The notes under the pieces are model-generated. The model saw nothing but the letters and a program-made list of their open reading frames with translations. It was not told the origin of the DNA and did no database searches. DNA of 64,000 bases, from positions 288,001 through 352,000 of the forward strand of contig OY968764.1 in assembly GCA_963695335.1 (NCBI GenBank). Reading direction: 5' to 3'. The stretch is from an uncultured bacterium. Its GTDB lineage: Bacteria; Babelota; Babeliae; Babelales; Vermiphilaceae. Positions 58,802 to 64,000 of this stretch are shown one piece after another. Each line of letters opens with the position of its first letter. The stretch's first letter is position 1. Made by a program: the position numbers and the translations under genes.

Positions 58802-59239
58802 ATGAGAATTTTTTATAGTATGATTTTATTGATGGTTGTTATGTGTGTGAATGCTTCGGAAAAGAAGTTAAGAGTTAAGTTGGAAAGAGAATATGATCTT
58901 CAGTTAGCGCACAAACAAAAAGAAATTGAATCGCGCAAACTTTTGCAAAGTGTAGCTAAAAATCACAAAAAAATTAATATTCATGATGATCAGCGGAAAA
59001 ATATTGAGAGCAATAAAAAGCTTGAAATAAAACAACAGCAAAATAGGCAGAGAAACATTAAACTTAGTGATAAACATTTAAGAAATATAAAGAATAATTC
59101 TGATCTCAAATGCATTATAGATTTTTTTGTGATCTTTGTATGTTTTCCCCTAGCGGTCCCTGTGATGGCTAGGGTTGTTGATGGGGTTCCTATAGGTTGT
59201 TATTACAGTGGGAATGTATGCAAATGTTATTATATGTAA
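58802..59239 (+). CDS. Exported hypothetical protein (coiled coil + TM)
   Basis: Signal peptide, basic coiled coil, TM, ends CKCYYM. Confidence 0.55.
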   Translation: MRIFYSMILLMVVMCVNASEKKLRVKLEREYDLQLAHKQKEIESRKLLQSVAKNHKKINIHDDQRKNIESNKKLEIKQQQNRQRNIKLSDKHLRNIKNNSDLKCIIDFFVIFVCFPLAVPVMARVVDGVPIGCYYSGNVCKCYYM

Positions 59240-59283
59240 TTGTGATGATGTAAGATGAGTTAAAAATGTTATAAAAAGGAGAA

Positions 59284-59862
59284 GTGATGTACTTTATTGC
59301 GCGTAATAATAAAATCTATAATTACATAGCACATACAAGTTTAAAGCGTTGTTATTTAGCAACGCTTTTTTTTGCGACTATTTTTTTGGGTACAATTTTT
59401 TATTGTGTCTATTCGCCGCTACTTTCTCATATAACTTTGCTGCAAGCAGAACAAATAATGTTGCAGAAGAAAGTTGATGAGCTTGCGCAGATGGGTAAAG
59501 GAAATAAAGAATTAACATTTTTTGTTGAAACAGGTAAAAAAACTATAGCTGATTATGCTGTTGCATCTGGTACGCGCGAAGAGCATTGTCATAAGCGTAT
59601 GTTGTTTGTGATGGAAAATATTACGCAGGCAGGGCTTATTTTGAGTGCATATGGAGCGTGCAAGGAGAAAGATAAAGATTGGTATAACAAAGATTCAGCG
59701 CATTTTGATGTTCTTGGTTCTTTGCAAAAGTTGATGACATTCTTAGAAACGGTTCAAAAATCTCGTCAGATGATTACTATTTCTCATGTTGTGTTGACGC
59801 GTGTTGCTGATAATTTTTTTCAAATGAGTTTTGATGTTGGTTTGGTGGTTGTGAAGAAATAA
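59284..59862 (+). CDS. PilO/GspM-like membrane protein
   Basis: TM, coiled coil, G.LQKLMTFLETVQK..QMITI pattern. Confidence 0.55.
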   Translation: MMYFIARNNKIYNYIAHTSLKRCYLATLFFATIFLGTIFYCVYSPLLSHITLLQAEQIMLQKKVDELAQMGKGNKELTFFVETGKKTIADYAVASGTREEHCHKRMLFVMENITQAGLILSAYGACKEKDKDWYNKDSAHFDVLGSLQKLMTFLETVQKSRQMITISHVVLTRVADNFFQMSFDVGLVVVKK

Positions 59863-59882
59863 GCGAATTTTTTTCTTTTAAC

Positions 59883-59915
59883 GGGTCCCCATTGTAATGA
59901 AATGAAAATGGGGTC
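59883..59915 (+). repeat. Palindromic repeat family C
   Basis: GGGTCCCCATTGTAATGAAATGAAAATGGGGTC. Confidence 0.65.
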
Positions 59916-60020
59916 AAAAAAATCCCTTCAACTTTGAACAAGCTGAAGGGTTAGGGGGGTGAACAATGCTTTACGCATTGTTCAGTTAGGGACATTTGAT
60001 TACTTTTTAATTTAATATTC
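59916..60020 (-). ncRNA. Candidate small RNA (about 105 nt)
   Basis: TTGACA-17-TAGCAT promoter (60054-60026), 10-bp perfect hairpin, C-rich linkers, terminator hairpin + T7. Confidence 0.55.
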
Positions 60021-60063
60021 GCCTAATGCTAACAAGCGTACATTGCTTTGTCAAGATATCGCG

Positions 60064-60780
60064 TTATGTATTTCCCGCAATAAATTTTGTAATCAAAGGA
60101 AAAGTCTGTGGATTACTGTGTAGTTCATGAGAATGTGCCGTTTCAATAATTGAACCCGCACCCATGAGATAGATAGTGCAATCAAGTTTTTTAAGTAAAT
60201 CAGTATCATGCGTTGCAACAAGAACAATGTATCCATCGGTTGCAAGTTGTTGAATATTGTTTGCAACGTATGAAGTAAGTACAGGGTCAAGCGCAGATGT
60301 TGGTTCATCTAAACAAATAATTTTTGGTTGCATCACGAGTGCACGTGCAATTGCAAGGCGTTGTTTTTGACCGCCAGAAAGTTGCAGAGCATATTTATTT
60401 TTTTGTTCCAGTAATCCGTATCGTTGTAGCACATTATGAGCAATACTTTGAGCTTGCGCAGGAGTTTTTTTGAGTATGCGTTCAAGTGGTAGCGTGATGT
60501 TTTGTTCTACGGTTAAATGTTCAAAAAGATTAAAATGTTGAAATACCATACCAACAGTGTGTGTTGTGTTAATGGTGCTTAAGTCAAGCGGCATTCCATC
60601 TAATGTAATGGTTCCATTGTTAATAGTTTCTAAGTTATTTAAAATACGCAGTAGCGTTGATTTTCCCACACCTGATGAACCCAGAAAGAGTGCAATTTCA
60701 CCTTTTTTTACCGTCAAAGATACGTTGTTAAGGATTTTTTTTGTGTGAAACGATTTTTGTAAATGTTCAATCTTGAGCAT
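60064..60780 (-). CDS. Polar amino-acid ABC transporter ATPase
   Basis: GSSGVGKS, LSGGQKQR, DEPTSALDP. Confidence 0.92.
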   Translation of the reverse strand: MLKIEHLQKSFHTKKILNNVSLTVKKGEIALFLGSSGVGKSTLLRILNNLETINNGTITLDGMPLDLSTINTTHTVGMVFQHFNLFEHLTVEQNITLPLERILKKTPAQAQSIAHNVLQRYGLLEQKNKYALQLSGGQKQRLAIARALVMQPKIICLDEPTSALDPVLTSYVANNIQQLATDGYIVLVATHDTDLLKKLDCTIYLMGAGSIIETAHSHELHSNPQTFPLITKFIAGNT

Positions 60781-61429
60781 GAATATTCATCCTTTTTTCT
60801 AAGCGTGCAACTAAGAAAGAGATTGTTGAGGTGAGAATAAGATAAAGCACTGCAAGTGCAAAATAGACGGTAATTGCATCAAATGTTTTACTTTTAATAA
60901 AGTTGCCTTGCTTTGTGAGTTCTGCAACACCAATGAGTGATGCAAGTGATGAATCTTTAATAAGTGTTACAAATTCATTACCAAGCGCAGGTAACGCGGT
61001 GCGCAATGCCTGAGGCAAGATAATAAAGCGGATGGTATCTTGTGTAGAAAAACCAAGCACTTTGGCAGCTTCCATTTGACCTCTACCAATTGATGAAATT
61101 CCTGATTTAATAATTTGGCTGATGTATGCAGCGCTGTTTAAACCAATTGCAATGATTGCTGTCCATACAGCAGGAATATGTATACCACATTGCGGGAGCA
61201 AGAAATATGCACTATAAATTTGAATCAGCATTGGTGTGCCACGAATAATAACAACATAGCTTGTAACAAACGTGTGTAATAATGAGTTGCCACTTGTTTG
61301 CATCAGTGCAAGTACCGTGCCAAGTATAAACCCAATGCAGCAGCTGGTTCCTGCAATTTGCAACGTAACAACAAGACCTTGCAGCAGTACAGGAAGATAT
61401 TCTGCAATAAGATTAAAATCAATAATCAT
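60767..61429 (-). CDS. Polar amino-acid ABC transporter permease
   Basis: RGTPMLIQ, GQMEAA, LIKDSSL. Confidence 0.92.
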   Translation of the reverse strand: MIIDFNLIAEYLPVLLQGLVVTLQIAGTSCCIGFILGTVLALMQTSGNSLLHTFVTSYVVIIRGTPMLIQIYSAYFLLPQCGIHIPAVWTAIIAIGLNSAAYISQIIKSGISSIGRGQMEAAKVLGFSTQDTIRFIILPQALRTALPALGNEFVTLIKDSSLASLIGVAELTKQGNFIKSKTFDAITVYFALAVLYLILTSTISFLVARLEKRMNIHAQD

Positions 61430-62199
61430 ACAAGATTCCATTTCTTTTTTAAGGCATCAAGGGTGCCATCTTCTTTCATACGATCAAGTGTAATTTGAAT
61501 GTAATCACGCAGCTCTGGATAATGTTTTGAAACAGCAAAAGCACTGGTTTCTTCGGTTGCTGGAATTGGTGTTATAACAAAATTGTTCTGATCATGTTTT
61601 GCAAAGTATGGTTGTATTGAGTGTAGTGCGGTTACAAATGCATCAGCTCTATGACTTTCCAGCGCTAACATGCCATCACTCACTGCAGCAGAAGAAAGAC
61701 GAATAAGATGTATGCCTGGTTGTTCTGACATGTATGAATCTGCCACATATCCTTCATTAACTACAACTGTTTTGCCTGCAAGATCATCAATGTTAGCAAT
61801 AGGCAGTGTAGGTAGGCTTATGATAACTAACGGATTGCCCGATGCTAAGTGTGGTTTTGTAAACAGTGCTCGTTGTGCACGTTCTGGTGTTGGAGTGATT
61901 CCTGCTGCAATCACATGAATGTTACCAAGTTGAATTTCTGGGATTAATGCATCAAAAGGCATATCTTTGATGACCATTTTTTTATTGAGACGTTTAAGAG
62001 CTTCTGTTATGACATCAATATCAAAACCGGTGATGTCATCATCTTCTTTAAATGAAAAAGGTTGAAATTCAGCATTTGTTCCGACTATCACCGTATCGAT
62101 AGGAGTTGCTGTGATAATCTTTTTTTCTGCTCTATACCAGAGGATTGCTGATGTACCCAGAATAAGGGCTATGATTATGTATAATGATGTTTTTTTCAT
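61426..62199 (-). CDS. Amino-acid ABC transporter substrate-binding protein
   Basis: VGTNAEFQPF, GFDIDV, TPER, DGTLDALKKKW. Confidence 0.92.
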   Translation of the reverse strand: MKKTSLYIIIALILGTSAILWYRAEKKIITATPIDTVIVGTNAEFQPFSFKEDDDITGFDIDVITEALKRLNKKMVIKDMPFDALIPEIQLGNIHVIAAGITPTPERAQRALFTKPHLASGNPLVIISLPTLPIANIDDLAGKTVVVNEGYVADSYMSEQPGIHLIRLSSAAVSDGMLALESHRADAFVTALHSIQPYFAKHDQNNFVITPIPATEETSAFAVSKHYPELRDYIQITLDRMKEDGTLDALKKKWNLV

Positions 62200-62367
62200 T
62201 GCTGGCTTTCTTTTTGCGCGCAGAGGAATTTAAATTTTTATGACTATTAGTTTACATTTAATCGTACTGTTTTTTCAGTTTCAGGTCAAAGTTGATGATG
62301 TGATAATTATTTGCTATATAGTAACAAGCGTTAAAAATATTACTACATTTTATGAGGAGCGATTGCT

Positions 62368-62976
62368 ATGAAGAATACAATTTTAGCTGCTGTATTGACA
62401 TCATTTGTGGGAACGGTAGCAGCACAGAGCCATACTGGTTATCTGACGTTTAATTTTGATTCTTGTTACGCCAATTCATACTATAATGACCCTTATTATA
62501 GTAATGAGTATCCAGGCTATGATCATCACCATTATGCACATTGTTTGCCGAGTGAAAGGAATTTAAGAAGACAACTTTATTGGCTCTATTTATATAATCC
62601 ACGAATTTTGGAAGTACAGAACTTTCCGGTAGATTATTTTATTGATACATTAACTGATCATATCAGAGGTTTAGAACATAAAATTTCAGCAAAAACAACT
62701 GGTTTGCGCAGTGGTGCAATGTTACGTGGAACAATTCTTGCAGTATTTACAGCTGCATGGGGCATGTGTACACATGATACGTATAAAAAGTTTTTGAGTG
62801 GTTCTGAGCCGTTTGCTCCTGTTGCTATGCTGGGTGTAGTGACGGCAATGTTGGCAGCAATAACAGGAACTCAATTTGATAGAGTCTATCGTCATGCTGA
62901 GCGTATGGTTGAGCGTTTACAGCGAGATATAACAATTCGTGCGGTTTTGGAAAGAATACGAGATTCACGAATATAG
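62368..62976 (+). CDS. Hypothetical exported/membrane protein
   Basis: GAGGAG RBS, signal peptide, two TMs. Confidence 0.65.
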   Translation: MKNTILAAVLTSFVGTVAAQSHTGYLTFNFDSCYANSYYNDPYYSNEYPGYDHHHYAHCLPSERNLRRQLYWLYLYNPRILEVQNFPVDYFIDTLTDHIRGLEHKISAKTTGLRSGAMLRGTILAVFTAAWGMCTHDTYKKFLSGSEPFAPVAMLGVVTAMLAAITGTQFDRVYRHAERMVERLQRDITIRAVLERIRDSRI

Positions 62977-62991
62977 TGAGCTGAAATAGTA

Positions 62992-63033
62992 AAAAACAAC
63001 CCATGTGCATGAAAGTGCAGGTGGGTTGTTTTT
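62992..63033 (+). terminator. Intrinsic terminator
   Basis: AAAAACAACCCA..TGCA...TGCA..TGGGTTGTTTTT. Confidence 0.75.
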
Positions 63034-63089
63034 ATAATGCTGATTTACTATAAAATAGATATAACATCTATTTACCCTGAAAGAAAATT

Positions 63090-63836
63090 ATGTTTAATGA
63101 TCGTACAGCTGATATTGATAAAATAAAAAACGAGATTGATCAATATAGACCGTTGCCAGAATATTTTATGCCAATGCTCAAAGATTATTTCCGTATTGGC
63201 TTAACCTATTCTTCTAACGCCTTAGAAGGTAATACGCTTACCGAAACAGAAACAAAAGTTATTATAGAAGATGGTTTAACGATTGGCGGCAAAACGCTGA
63301 GAGAGCATTTTGAAGTTGTTGGCCACAGCCAAGCATATGATTTTATGTGGAGCAAGGCACAAGATGATCAGTTTACAGAAGATGATATTTGTAAGTTACA
63401 TCATCTTTTTTATTATCGCATTGATGAAAAAAATGCTGGCCATTATCGCACAGTTCCTGTTTTTATCAGTGGAACTGATTATGAATTTCCAAAGCCTGCA
63501 TATCTTTTTTCTTTAATGAGTAAGTTTGTTCATGAGATTCCAGAATTAAAAAAACAATATCATCCTGTTTTTTTTGCTGCTATGGTGCATATGCAATTTG
63601 TGAATATCCATCCATTTATAGACGGTAATGGCCGAACTGCACGATTGCTTATGAATTTGGCATTATTGCAAAGTGGTTATCCTATTACCATTATTCCACC
63701 AATCATGAGATCTACATATATTTCTGCATTGCAAAAAACTAATAAAGGAAATATACAACCCTTTCTGCATTTTATTTCAGAAATGGTGTATGAAAGTTCT
63801 AAGGAATATTTGCGATTGATAAAGTCAGTTGTGTAA
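63090..63836 (+). CDS. Fic-domain protein with N-terminal auto-inhibitory motif
   Basis: HPFIDGNGRTARL catalytic motif; SNALEGN inhibitory motif. Confidence 0.93.
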   Translation: MFNDRTADIDKIKNEIDQYRPLPEYFMPMLKDYFRIGLTYSSNALEGNTLTETETKVIIEDGLTIGGKTLREHFEVVGHSQAYDFMWSKAQDDQFTEDDICKLHHLFYYRIDEKNAGHYRTVPVFISGTDYEFPKPAYLFSLMSKFVHEIPELKKQYHPVFFAAMVHMQFVNIHPFIDGNGRTARLLMNLALLQSGYPITIIPPIMRSTYISALQKTNKGNIQPFLHFISEMVYESSKEYLRLIKSVV

Positions 63837-63839
63837 TTT

Positions 63840-63998
63840 TTAGCGATGATTATTGCGTCTATAACCGTTGCGTTGTTTGTAATCTCTTCTGAGTGCAGCT
63901 TTACGTTCTTCACCATAATATTGCGCAATTGCTGGGCCGTTAAGATTATGAGGAATGTTTTCTAATCTAACTCTTACGTTATTTTCATAGGAAGTAGG
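63840..63998 (-). CDS. C-terminal fragment of a gene running in from beyond the window
   Basis: Open frame PTSYENN...RRNNHR* reaching the window edge. Confidence 0.45.
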   Translation of the reverse strand, partial: PTSYENNVRVRLENIPHNLNGPAIAQYYGEERKAALRRDYKQRNGYRRNNHR

Positions 63999-64000
63999 GA

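Noticed and set aside
59914..59995. Short ORF (MSLTEQC...) inside the candidate sRNA
   Set aside because: No RBS and it runs through the terminator hairpin
62368..62976. C-terminal SRI as a peroxisomal targeting signal
   Set aside because: A three-residue match is likely by chance and the protein has TM segments
1..64000. Prophage, tRNA, rRNA, integron or autonomous transposase; the many 60-120 aa antisense ORFs
   Set aside because: No recognisable signatures; the short ORFs are shadows of well-supported genes

Overview
AT-rich bacterial chromosome segment. Gene content and style (many short signal-peptide proteins, WD40 and ankyrin-like proteins, reduced metabolism) suggest a protist-associated intracellular bacterium, most like Ca. 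Dependentiae/Babelota (TM6); this assignment is inference. Housekeeping genes: efp end, nusB, ndk, rpsA, ldh, nusA, infB, pyrG, nfo, aspS, eno, dcd, secG, mlaE/F, tpiA, uvrC-like and an amino-acid ABC transporter. Main observations: (1) a probable oriC at about 15.4-15.8 kb, with no dnaA in the window, built from inverted 11-bp arrays of variant DnaA boxes plus a DUE, at a visible C-to-G skew switch; (2) a type II secretion-like operon with two secretins; (3) about a dozen exported proteins, several unrelated, whose signal peptide is followed by Met-Glu/Asp, some with F-box-like, ankyrin, WD40 or Cys-rich membrane motifs; (4) three families of short palindromic repeats that nest inside each other at a fixed site and sit in-frame in two secretion genes; (5) a toxin-antitoxin/WD40 islet at the 3' end of a secretin gene, with that gene end duplicated; (6) a candidate orphan sRNA, a poly-G promoter spacer, a HEPN-MNT deletion fusion and a frameshifted moxR. 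No rRNA, tRNA or CRISPR array was seen.
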